Source: an uncultured Chloroflexia bacterium (GTDB taxonomy: Bacteria; Chloroflexota; Limnocylindria; Limnocylindrales; CSP1-4). From it: 64,000 bases of DNA. The stretch lies in NCBI GenBank assembly GCA_963734535.1, contig CAVTHS010000002.1, forward strand, positions 192,001 to 256,000. Reading direction: 5' to 3'. Below the pieces are notes generated by a model. That model did not search any database. It was not told the origin of the DNA and saw only the letters and a list, made by a program, of their open reading frames with translations. Shown one piece after another: positions 30,920 to 40,500 of this stretch; position 1 is the stretch's first letter; each line of letters opens with the position of its first letter. Made by a program: the position numbers and the translations under genes.

Positions 30920-31305
30920 TGCCGCGCACCGCGATCTCGACCCCGCACGCGCCCGGCGCGATCGGGCCGTACAGCCAGGCCATCCGCAGCGATGGCTACC
31001 TCTTCTGCTCGGGTCAGCTGGGCCTCGATCCGGCGACCGGCGACTTCGCTTCGGCAGATGTCGGTGCCCAGGCCGAGCAGGCGCTCCGCAATCTCGCCGC
31101 GGTGCTCGAGGTGGCTGGCCTCTCGTTCGCGGACGTGGTGAAGACGACGATCTTCCTCGCCGACATGGCCGACTTCGCGACCGTGAACGGCATCTACGCG
31201 CGCTTCGTCACCGACCCGCCGCCGGCGCGCTCGACGGTCGCCGTCGCCGCGCTGCCAAAGGGCGGCCGCGTCGAGATCGAGGCGATCGCGCGGCTCGCCG
31301 GCTGA
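30919..31305 (+). CDS. ridA: RidA family enamine/imine deaminase
   Basis: APGAIGPYSQA, CSGQ, PPARSTV.VAALP, VEIEAIA. Confidence 0.95.
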   Translation: MPRTAISTPHAPGAIGPYSQAIRSDGYLFCSGQLGLDPATGDFASADVGAQAEQALRNLAAVLEVAGLSFADVVKTTIFLADMADFATVNGIYARFVTDPPPARSTVAVAALPKGGRVEIEAIARLAG

Positions 31306-31366
31306 GCTGCCGGCCCGGGCCGTCCGGCGCGCCGCCCGGCTCGATCCGCCCGGCGGGTCCGTCCGT

Positions 31367-31396
31367 TTGACACCCTCGATGGCGTGCCCCTACGAT
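31367..31396 (+). promoter_or_regulatory. Putative sigma70 promoter of glmU
   Basis: TTGACA-N18-TACGAT. Confidence 0.6.
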
Positions 31397-31498
31397 CCCG
31401 GGACACCAGATGCCCACTGAACCACCCACGCCGGACGGCAGACGCTCGGACCCGGCGCGCCTCGCGCCCCCGGGATGCCCAGCCGGGCCGAGCCCCCG

Positions 31499-33064
31499 AT
31501 GACCTCCCGGGAGACGCTTCCCGACGCCGCCCACGTTCCCGTTCGGGCTGGTGCTGGCGGGCCGATCGCGGTCATCCTCGCCGGTGGTCTCGGGACGCGT
31601 ATGCGATCGGACCTCCCGAAGCTGCTCCACACGCTCTGCGGGCGACCCATGCTCGCCTTCGTCATGGACGCGGCCCGCGCGGCCACGGGACGCGACCCGG
31701 TCGTGGTGACATCGCCGGCGACGGCCGCGGTCCGCGACGCGTTTCCGGCCGGGGTCGCGTTCGCGCTCCAGGAACGCCCCGACGGATCGGGCGATGCGGT
31801 CCGGGCCGCGCTCGTCGCCGTGCCGGCCGACGCGGCCGAGATCGTCGTCCTCAACGGCGACATTCCGTTGATCGACGCTCGCATCGTGACCGGGGTGCTT
31901 GATGCGCGCCGCGCGGCCGGCGCCGCGATCGCGCTCGTCTCGTTCGAGGCGTGGGAGCCCGGTGCGCTGGGCCGCGTGATCCGGACGCCGGACGGCGAAC
32001 GGGTTGCACGCCTCGTGGAGGCGAAGGATGCCCTGCCGGACGAGCTGATCGTCAGCGAGGTCAACGCCGGGCTCTACGCGTTCGACGCGCGCTGGCTGCG
32101 GGCAGCGATCGGGCTCCTGACGCCGTCCCCGGCGACCGGCGAGTACTACGTGACGCAGCTGGTCGACCTCGCGGTCGCGGAGGGCCGCGCCGTGGTTGCC
32201 CACGAGGCGCCCGACGACGGGACCCTCGACGGGATCAACGACCGCGCCCAGCTCGCCGAGGCGACCGCGATGCTGCGCGAGCGGATCAACCTGGCCTGGC
32301 TCCGGGCGGGGGTCACGATGCACGACCCCGCGACTGCCTACGTCGACGCCGACGTGGAGCTCGCCCGCGACGTGACGCTGGAGCCGAACGTGATCCTGCT
32401 GGGCCGGACGCGGGTCGGGGAGGGGAGCCGCATCGGGGCGGGCAGCCAGATCGCGGACAGCGACGTCGGCCCCCGCTGCCGGGTCTGGGCCAGCGTCCTG
32501 GAACGGGCGACGGTCGAGGAGGGGACCACGATCGGGCCGTTCAGCCACCTTCGATCGGGCAGCTCCATCGGGCCGGACGTCCAGCTCGGCAACTTCGCGG
32601 AGGTGAAGAACAGCCGGCTCGAGCGGGGCGTGAAGCAGCACCACATGAGCTACCTCGGCGATGCGCACGTCGGCGCCGGGACGAACGTCGGGGCGGGCAC
32701 GATCACGGCCAACTACGACGGCACGCGAAAGCACCATACCGAGATCGGGGAGCGGGTCTTCCTGGGCGTCGACACGATGCTCCGGGCTCCGGTCACGATC
32801 GGGGATGGGGCCAAGACCGGCGCCGGCGCCGTCGTGACGCGTGACGTCCCCGCCGGGATGCTGGCCGTGGGCGTGCCGGCGCGGATCCGTGAGATCCGGC
32901 CACCCGAACTGGAGCCGGCACCCGGTGCAGACCCGCAGGCACGTGCCGGGGCCGACGCGCACGCACGTGCCGCGGCCGGCGCAGATGTCCCTGCACGCCC
33001 CGCGGACGAGTCCGGGCCCGGCGCCGACGTCGTGGCCGATTCGCCGGCGACGCCCGACCGCTGA
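31499..33064 (+). CDS. glmU: Bifunctional UDP-GlcNAc pyrophosphorylase/acetyltransferase
   Basis: ILAGGLGTRMRSDLPK, EVNAGLY, hexapeptide repeats, GAGTITANYDG; start could be 31475. Confidence 0.96.
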   Translation: MTSRETLPDAAHVPVRAGAGGPIAVILAGGLGTRMRSDLPKLLHTLCGRPMLAFVMDAARAATGRDPVVVTSPATAAVRDAFPAGVAFALQERPDGSGDAVRAALVAVPADAAEIVVLNGDIPLIDARIVTGVLDARRAAGAAIALVSFEAWEPGALGRVIRTPDGERVARLVEAKDALPDELIVSEVNAGLYAFDARWLRAAIGLLTPSPATGEYYVTQLVDLAVAEGRAVVAHEAPDDGTLDGINDRAQLAEATAMLRERINLAWLRAGVTMHDPATAYVDADVELARDVTLEPNVILLGRTRVGEGSRIGAGSQIADSDVGPRCRVWASVLERATVEEGTTIGPFSHLRSGSSIGPDVQLGNFAEVKNSRLERGVKQHHMSYLGDAHVGAGTNVGAGTITANYDGTRKHHTEIGERVFLGVDTMLRAPVTIGDGAKTGAGAVVTRDVPAGMLAVGVPARIREIRPPELEPAPGADPQARAGADAHARAAAGADVPARPADESGPGADVVADSPATPDR

Positions 33065-34410
33065 TGGAAGTCCTCATCCAGGTCGGCGTGATCGTCATCC
33101 TGACCCTGCTCGAGGGGTTCTTCGTCGCCGCGGAGATCGCGCTCGTCTCCATCCGGCACAGCCGGGTCGAGCAGCTCGTCGACGAGGGAAACCGCGCTGC
33201 GCGGCGTGTCCAGGGGCTTCTCGACAATCCCGGTCGCTTCCTGGCCGTCTCACAGCTCGGCCTGACGCTCCTCGGATTCTTCGCGTCCGCGTACGCCGCC
33301 GTCAGCCTGGCGGACGGCCTTGCCGGGCTGCTGGTGCGGGTCGACGCGCTCCGGGACGGCGCCCACGCCATCTCGCTCGTCATCGTCACGATCGTCATCG
33401 CCCTCTTCACGATCGTCTTCGCGGAGCTCGTCCCGAAGTCGCTCGCGCTCGCCCACACGGAACGCTTCGCGCTGTCCCTCTCGCAACCGATCGAGGTCAT
33501 CGCCCACGTGCTGGGACCCCTGATCAACCTCCTGACCGGGTTGACCCGGACCGTGACCGGGGCGCTCGGGGCGAAGGTGTCGGCGGACGCGCAGATCAGC
33601 GCCGAGGAGCTCAAGCTGATCGTCGAGCGCGGCGGCGAACAGGGCGTCCTCGAGGCTGAGGAGGAGCAGATGATCAACGCGGTCATCGAGCTCGGCGAGC
33701 GCCGCGTCCACGAGGTCATGGTCCCGCGGATCGACATCGTCGGCCTCGAGGCCAGCAGGACGTTCGAGGAGGCCGTCGAGCGGATCATCGCCGAGGGCCA
33801 CAGCCGCCTCCCGGTGTGGGACCAGTCCATCGACCAGATCGTCGGGATCCTCTACGCGAAGGATCTCCTGCAATTCCTCAAGGAGGCATCCGCCGACCCG
33901 CCGCCGATTCGGGCGCTCCTTCGCACGCCGCTCTTCGTCCCGGAATCGATCACGATCGACGATCTCCTGCGTCAGCTCCAGCGCCGGAAGGTCCATCTCG
34001 CGGTCGTCCTCGACGAGTACGGGGGCACGGCCGGGCTCGTGACGATCGAGGATCTCCTCGAGGAGATCGTCGGCGAGATCCAGGACGAATACGACGTGGA
34101 GGAGCCGATGGTCGTCCGGCTCGACGACGACCGGGCCCGGATCGACGGGCGAGCGTCAGTGGACGAGCTCGGCGAGCTGTGGGACGACCTCGACGTCGAC
34201 GCGATCCTCGAGGACCGGGAGGAGTACGACACGCTCGGCGGGCTGCTCTTCCACCGGATCGGTGGCGTCCCGAAGCCGGGCGACGAGATCCGCGTCGGCG
34301 TGCTGACCCTGACCGTCGAGACGACGGATGGGCGGCGGGCGGGCAAGGTCCTCGCGGTCCGGGAGCGCCCGAGGACCGACGGGGACGACGGGGCCGCACC
34401 TGCAGGGTAG
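33064..34410 (+). CDS. CNNM/DUF21-CBS-CorC (hemolysin-family) membrane protein
   Basis: FFVAAEIALVS, FAELVPKSLA, EVMVPR, GHSRLPV, DEYGGTAGLVTIEDLLEEIVGEI. Confidence 0.93.
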   Translation: MEVLIQVGVIVILTLLEGFFVAAEIALVSIRHSRVEQLVDEGNRAARRVQGLLDNPGRFLAVSQLGLTLLGFFASAYAAVSLADGLAGLLVRVDALRDGAHAISLVIVTIVIALFTIVFAELVPKSLALAHTERFALSLSQPIEVIAHVLGPLINLLTGLTRTVTGALGAKVSADAQISAEELKLIVERGGEQGVLEAEEEQMINAVIELGERRVHEVMVPRIDIVGLEASRTFEEAVERIIAEGHSRLPVWDQSIDQIVGILYAKDLLQFLKEASADPPPIRALLRTPLFVPESITIDDLLRQLQRRKVHLAVVLDEYGGTAGLVTIEDLLEEIVGEIQDEYDVEEPMVVRLDDDRARIDGRASVDELGELWDDLDVDAILEDREEYDTLGGLLFHRIGGVPKPGDEIRVGVLTLTVETTDGRRAGKVLAVRERPRTDGDDGAAPAG

Positions 34411-34465
34411 CGGCCGCCCAGCGGTGGGTTCGGCCCACGAATTTCATATCTCCCAAATGAATCAA

Positions 34466-34493
34466 TTGCAAACGCGCCGGCCGCACATATCAT
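34466..34493 (+). promoter_or_regulatory. Putative promoter of the histidine kinase (leaderless geometry)
   Basis: TTGCAA-N16-TATCAT in an AT-rich patch; ATG 6 nt after the -10 hexamer. Confidence 0.5.
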
Positions 34494-34499
34494 CGGTCA

Positions 34500-36041
34500 A
34501 TGTCGATGAGGAGGGCTGCGACACTCGGCCGCTTCGATCGCGTCGACGGGGTGCTCGCCGGTGCCCTCGTCATCGGCGTGATCGGCACGCTCGCGGTCCT
34601 GTCCATCCCCAACTTCCACGGTCATGTCGTCGCCCCTGCGGCCGACCTGACCTTTGACGTCGTCGCCTTCGCGGTGACGTCCGCCGTCGCGACGCTCAGC
34701 TGGATCCGCTATCGAGAGGGCCGCCAGCCGATGGCCCACGCCCAGGCGGCCGCATTCCTCGCGCTCGCGATGGCCGACGGGATGGCCGTCGCCCTCTCCG
34801 TGAGCGGCGATGTCGGGTCGACGGCGGTCCCGGCGGCGATAAGCCCGGACGCGTTCTTCGTGTGGACCGCCGCCCGCCTGCTCGTGGCCTCGATCCTGGT
34901 GGTGGGAGGCCGCGCCTCGCTTCGCGGCGGGAGGCCGCGCTACCCGCTGGCGTTCGTGCTCGGGGTCGGCGCCTTCATGCTGGTCGTGATCGGCGCCGTG
35001 CTCGTCATGGGCGACCGGCTCACGTCCCTGCTCGCGGTCGTCGTGCCGGACGGACGGTCGCCCCGGTCCCTGGATCTCGCGCCGACGTCGGTCGGCGTCG
35101 TCGTCCTCCTGGTCGGCACGCTTCTGTTCCTGGCGGCCGCGGCCGTGAGCCGCCAGCTGTGGCGCCGAGACCGTGCGGTCGGCGATGCCTACCTGGCGCT
35201 CGGGCTCGTGGTGGCGGGGTTCGCCCAGCTCCATGCCGCGATCTTCCCGAGTGCGCATCCGGGGCAGCTGGGCACGGCAGACGTGCTCCGCCTCGTGTTC
35301 GACCTCATCCTCTTCTTCGGGATCCAGGCCGAGGCCGGGGCCGTGATGAAGGCCCTCCGGACCGCCAACGAATCTCTCGCTCGCCTCCGCGACGCGGAAG
35401 GCGAACGGGCCGCGCTGGAGGAGCGCGCCCGGCTGTCGCGAGAGCTCCACGACGGCCTCGCCCAGGACCTGTGGCTGGCAAAGCTGAAGATCGGCCGGCT
35501 CGCCGCGTCGACCGCCCTTTCACCCGGGGATCGGGTGCTGGCCGAGGAAGCCACGAAGGCGGTGGACGTGGGCCTCACGGAGGCGCGGCAGGGCGTGATG
35601 GCCCTTCGGGACGGCGCCGACGCAGGCCAGTCATTCGCGGCCCTCCTCCGGCGGAACGTCGAGGACTTCGTCGATCGATTCGGTGTGCCGGTCGAGTTCG
35701 AGGGCACTGGGAACCTTCCGGAGCTTTCGTCGCGGACAAAGGCTGACCTCCTGCGGATCGTGCAGGAGGCACTCTCCAACGCGACCCACCACTCGGACGC
35801 CGAACGGTTTCGCGTTGAGGTAACCGAGGACAGTGGCAGTGTCTCGATCGCGGTGCAGGACGACGGCCGCGGCTTCGACCCGCAAGCCATCGCCCACGGG
35901 CACGTTGGCATCCAGGTGATGCGCGAGCGGGCGGAGATGATCGGGGCGCTTCTGACGGTCGAATCGAGCCCGAGTGGTGGCACACGCGTTGTTGTCACGG
36001 TTCCGGCCGCCGCGCGAGCTGGTGGAGCGTCGGCCAAGTGA
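34500..36041 (+). CDS. Multi-TM sensor histidine kinase, HisKA_3 (NarX/DesK-like)
   Basis: About 7-8 TM segments, ERARLSRELHDGLAQ, RIVQEALSNA, DDGRGF, MRERAE. Confidence 0.93.
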   Translation: MSMRRAATLGRFDRVDGVLAGALVIGVIGTLAVLSIPNFHGHVVAPAADLTFDVVAFAVTSAVATLSWIRYREGRQPMAHAQAAAFLALAMADGMAVALSVSGDVGSTAVPAAISPDAFFVWTAARLLVASILVVGGRASLRGGRPRYPLAFVLGVGAFMLVVIGAVLVMGDRLTSLLAVVVPDGRSPRSLDLAPTSVGVVVLLVGTLLFLAAAAVSRQLWRRDRAVGDAYLALGLVVAGFAQLHAAIFPSAHPGQLGTADVLRLVFDLILFFGIQAEAGAVMKALRTANESLARLRDAEGERAALEERARLSRELHDGLAQDLWLAKLKIGRLAASTALSPGDRVLAEEATKAVDVGLTEARQGVMALRDGADAGQSFAALLRRNVEDFVDRFGVPVEFEGTGNLPELSSRTKADLLRIVQEALSNATHHSDAERFRVEVTEDSGSVSIAVQDDGRGFDPQAIAHGHVGIQVMRERAEMIGALLTVESSPSGGTRVVVTVPAAARAGGASAK

Positions 36042-36703
36042 GCGGACCCTCCACGGATGGTCTGATCCGCGTCATGATCGTGGACGACCATCCGCTCGTC
36101 CGGGCCGCGGTCCGGCAGGCCATCAGCGCGCCCGACGTCGAGATGGTGGCCGAGGCCGCAAGCGCCGAGGAGGCCCTCGTGTCCGCGCCCGTCGTTCGAC
36201 CGGACGTGCTCCTCGTCGACATCCACCTGCCCGGGATGACCGGGGTGCAGCTTGTTCGTGAGCTCGCCCCGCGGCTGCCGGACACGCGGATCGTGATGCT
36301 CACGGTCTCGGCGTTGGACCGCGACGTCGCCGACGCGATCAGCTACGGAGCCGTCGGCTACCTGACGAAGGACCTGATGCCGGATGCACTCCTTCGCTCT
36401 GTCAGGGCGGCCCATACCGGTGACCTCGCGATGCCCCGCTACCTCGCCGCCCGCCTCATCCGACGCCTCGCGGACAGACCACGAGGCCTGCCGCCTCCGA
36501 ATGACGATTCGGCGACCGAACACATCAGCCCACGCGAGCGCGACGTCCTGCGCCTGATCGCTGACGGCCGGACGGACCGCCAGATCGCGGAGTCGCTCGG
36601 GATCTCCTCACGGACCGTGGCATCCCACGTCAGCAGCATCCTGCACAAGCTTGGCGTGCGGAACCGGGCCGAAGCGGCTCGGCGGTACCACGAGGAAACG
36701 TAG
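36038..36703 (+). CDS. NarL/LuxR-family response regulator
   Basis: IVDDH, LLVDIHLPG, ISPRERDVLRLIADG...TVASHVSSILHKLG. Confidence 0.95.
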   Translation: MSGPSTDGLIRVMIVDDHPLVRAAVRQAISAPDVEMVAEAASAEEALVSAPVVRPDVLLVDIHLPGMTGVQLVRELAPRLPDTRIVMLTVSALDRDVADAISYGAVGYLTKDLMPDALLRSVRAAHTGDLAMPRYLAARLIRRLADRPRGLPPPNDDSATEHISPRERDVLRLIADGRTDRQIAESLGISSRTVASHVSSILHKLGVRNRAEAARRYHEET

Positions 36704-37284
36704 CGACGCGGCGGCCTCGATGGTGCGTCAGCCAAGAGGGCCGCTCGGGGAGGGGCCTGCGCCGGCCAGGGACTGACGACGCGCCTCGCGCGAGCTGCCG
36801 CGATCTGGACGCGCAGCAGTCGCGGCCGATCGACGTCGAGGATCAAACCGGCTCCGTTGCACAGAACGAGCAGGAGGTGCTCCGCGGAGACCACTGCCTC
36901 GCGGATAGCGTCCAGGTCGTACTCCAGCGTCAGCCGGCCGAGGTGGACGAGGCGTGTTGATGTGAGGTACAGATCGCCGGCGAGCCCCGGGTAGAAGGGG
37001 TAGGCCGCGCCTGGCCGCGGCTCGCGGCGGTCGAGCAGTGCGGACCGACGGACCGTGAACACCTCCTCGCCCGGGGCAAGAAGCTCCGCGATTCGCGCGT
37101 CGGGCTCGATCGGCTCGAACGACGCGTCCCGATATCGATCCCGCGCCTCGAGGGCCGCGGCCTCATCCTCTGCAGCCCGGGCGAGGATCGCCTCGGCATC
37201 GCGCAGGGCCGGTGCGGCCGTGGTGGCGTCGTGCACCGCGGCTCCGTCGGTCGTGCCGTCCTCCGGGCGTGGCCTCTCGTCCAT
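36439..37284 (-). CDS. Hypothetical protein with PH/GRAM-like region (3' end uncertain)
   Basis: GDLYLTSTRLVH motif; TAGAGT 6 nt upstream of ATG; last ~88 codons overlap the response regulator antisense. Confidence 0.55.
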   Translation of the reverse strand: MDERPRPEDGTTDGAAVHDATTAAPALRDAEAILARAAEDEAAALEARDRYRDASFEPIEPDARIAELLAPGEEVFTVRRSALLDRREPRPGAAYPFYPGLAGDLYLTSTRLVHLGRLTLEYDLDAIREAVVSAEHLLLVLCNGAGLILDVDRPRLLRVQIAAARARRVVSPWPAQAPPRAALLADAPSRPPRRYVSSWYRRAASARFRTPSLCRMLLTWDATVREEIPSDSAIWRSVRPSAIRRRTSRSRGLMCSVAESSFGGGRPRGLSARRRMRRAAR

Positions 37285-37317
37285 CCGGTGACTCTAGACC
37301 CCGTGGGGCGCTCCGGC

Positions 37318-37337
37318 GATCGGTAGGTCTACCGATC
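37318..37337. promoter_or_regulatory. Perfect palindrome, candidate response-regulator operator
   Basis: GATCGGTAG-GT-CTACCGATC; degenerate second copy GTCGGTAG-AG-GCACCGAT at 37386-37403. Confidence 0.6.
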
Positions 37338-37571
37338 CGCCTACGGATTCGGCGATCCATACGGAGCCCGAGATCGGGCATCTCGGTCGGTAGAGGCACC
37401 GATGGCGTCCTGCTCGCGGTTCCATACGGTTCGGTGACCAGATGCAGGTGGCTCGACCCCAGGCGCGCCATGCATCTTGCCGTGCGCAGGGCCTCGAGTC
37501 CCGCAGCACATCGCGTCGAGCGCGGCCGGGAATGAGCCGCCACCGAAGGATGGGGAGCGGAGAGGGATCGA

Positions 37572-40500
37572 ATGATGAAACGGAAGTTGCTGGCCCTGCT
37601 GGCGGTGCTGGCGCTCTGCACCACAGCCGCTGGGCCGGTCGTCGCGAAGACGGCCCTGCCAGCTGGCGCCTCGCCGGCATCTGCAGTCGTCTCCAACGCG
37701 CCGGCGCCGGTGTCGCCCGTCGACCAGACGAAGGTTCCCCATTACTTCGGGCCATACCCGAACTGGGCGAACAGCCCGCTCACATTGCCCGACGCGACCG
37801 TCACGATCAGCCCAACAGGTGCGCCGGCGGCCTCCATGGCGGTCGGAAATCCACTCATCGCTCGCCAATACGCGAGTGACGACACGATCAACACGGGTAG
37901 CAACACGCTCGGTCAGGGCACTGTCTTCGTGGTCATCCCGGGCGGACTTCCCGCCGGGACACTCACGAGCTTCCAGACATTCGTCCAGAACGCACCCGTG
38001 TCGGGCCTGCCGTCTCCGGGCAACACATTCAATGCGTACGTGCTGCATCCGACGAGCAACCCGCTCGTTGCGAACGAATACAGCATCGTCTATGACAGCG
38101 GGCCTCAACTCGTTCCCGCGATGGCCGATGGCGTTGCGACCTTCGCCGTCGCGGGGACTCCCACGGTTGCGGCCGGCGACGTTCTTGCCTTCTATGGGCA
38201 GGGCATCCCGCTTGACGTGGTCGGCGCCGACCTCGTGGGATATCCCGTCGCGGCAGCGCCGACCAGTCCATTCAGCACGGACACCCTTCCGCAGATCGCT
38301 GGCCGGACATATTCATTCGGCGCGACGATCCAGCTGCCCGCTGGTGCGGCCCCGGGTGCGGGCGCGACTGCCGACGCGACTGTCGGTGCCAACGGCGCCG
38401 TGACCGGACTCACCATCACGAACCCCGGCCACGACTACACGGCTGCGACCGTGGCGATCGACAGCAGCTCCGGCACCGGCGCAACGGCCAGCGCGGTCGT
38501 CCAGACCTCCGGCGTCGTGACCGGCGTTGCGGTTGACGTGGCAGGCGGTCGCTACGCCGCTCCGTCCGTCGCCTTCAGCGGCGGAGGCGCGACCACCGAT
38601 GCCACGGGGCATGTGCTCGGTGGCGTCGATGCCGTCAACCTCTCGGTCCAGGGCGAGGGTTACACGTTCCCAACCGTGGACTTCGATCTGCCTGATGACC
38701 CCGCGGGCGTCCAGGCATCCGGCCACGCGGTGTGCGTCGAGGTCAACTGCGCTCCGGCGGCCTCCGGGACATTCGTGACGGTCACCGGCGTCGCGGTTGA
38801 CAACGCCGGTTCAGGCTACTTTGCCGCGCCGAATGTCATCATTCGTGACGGCACGGTGTTCGACCCGATCAACCCGCCGGCCAGTTTCGTCGCGGCCACG
38901 GGCACGGCGACCCTGAAGGTTCTGTCCGTCGCGCTCGACACCTTCGGCGCCGGCTACACGTCGGCTCCGGCGGTCACCTTCGCCGACACCGGCGCAGGGA
39001 CCGGCGCTCACGCCGTTGCGACGACCGACTTCGGCGCAGTCATCGCCCTCCATCTCCTGACCCCGGGCAGTGGCTACATCACGCCCGGCGGCATCAAGAA
39101 GTTCGTCGACGGCCTGCCCGGCTTGACCCCGGCAGGTGTGAACAACCTCGGCCAGTACATCCCGGTCGCACAGCCCGACACCACGACCTTCGCGGGCATC
39201 GGGACCGGAGCCGACTATTACGTCATCGCGGTCGTCCAGCACCGCGAGCAGATGAGCTCAAGCCTGCCCGCCACCGGCTCGCTGCTGCGCGAGTACGTGC
39301 AACTGTCGACCTCCACCGTGCCCGGCAAGCACGTCGCGCTCATGCAGGACAACCTGACCGGCCCCCAGACGCCGATCCTGATGCCCGACGGCAGCCAGGC
39401 GTACGGCGTCGATGACCCGCACTACCTCGGCCCGACCATCGTCGCGTCGAAGGACCACGCGGTCCGGATCGTCTTCTACAACCTGCTGCCGAAGGGCGCC
39501 GATGGGAACCTGTTCCTCCCCACCGACACGACGCTGATGGGCTCGGGCATGGGTCCCATGGACATGCCGATGGCCTCGCCGACCAACGACGGCACCGTCA
39601 CCGACGGCGTCCGCAACCCGGTGTGCACCGACAACCCCCAGGACCCCAGCTGCTTCACCCAGAACCGTGCCACGCTCCACCTTCACGGTGGCGTGACCCC
39701 GTGGATCAGCGACGGTACCCCGCACCAGTGGATCACGCCAGCCAACGAGACCACCGCATGGCCGCAGGGCGTCTCCGTCCAGAACGTCCCTGACATGGTT
39801 GGCGCTGCAGCCCCGGCCGGCGTGCCGGACTGCACCGCGGCCAACGACGGGTGCCTGACCTTCTACTACACCAACCAGCAGTCGGCGCGGCTGATGTTCT
39901 ACCACGATCACGCGTGGGGCATCACCCGCCTGAACGTGTACGCCGGCGAGGCCGCCGGATACGTCCTCACCGACCCGACCGAACAGAAGCTCCTCAGCTC
40001 GACCGGCCCGCTGGCGGGCATGGGCGAGGGCATCCCGCTCGTCATCCAGGACAAGACCTTCGTCCCGTCGGCCGCCCAGCTGGCCGGACAGGATCCGACG
40101 TGGGACGCCTCCCAATGGGGCGGCTACGGGAACCTGTGGTACCACCACGTCTACATGCCCGCCCAGAACCCGGCGTCGCCGAGCGGCATGAGCGCATTCG
40201 GTCGCTGGTTCTACGGGCCGTGGTTCTGGCCGCCGGCGACCCCGGTCAATGGCCCCATCGCCAACCCCTATTACCAGATGGATCCCGCGGGCCCGGACGG
40301 CGTCATCGGCGCGCCTGGCTCTCCCGCCGCCGCTGACGACTTCACGACGCCGCTGGCGACGCCGTGCGCCCTCGACAACCCCGCCACGTGGCAGTACCAG
40401 GTCGAACCGTTCTGCGAGCCGGCGACGATCCCTGGCACTCCGAACGAGTCCGTCGGGATGGAGCAGTTCAACGACACGCCCCTCGTCAACGGGACGGCGT

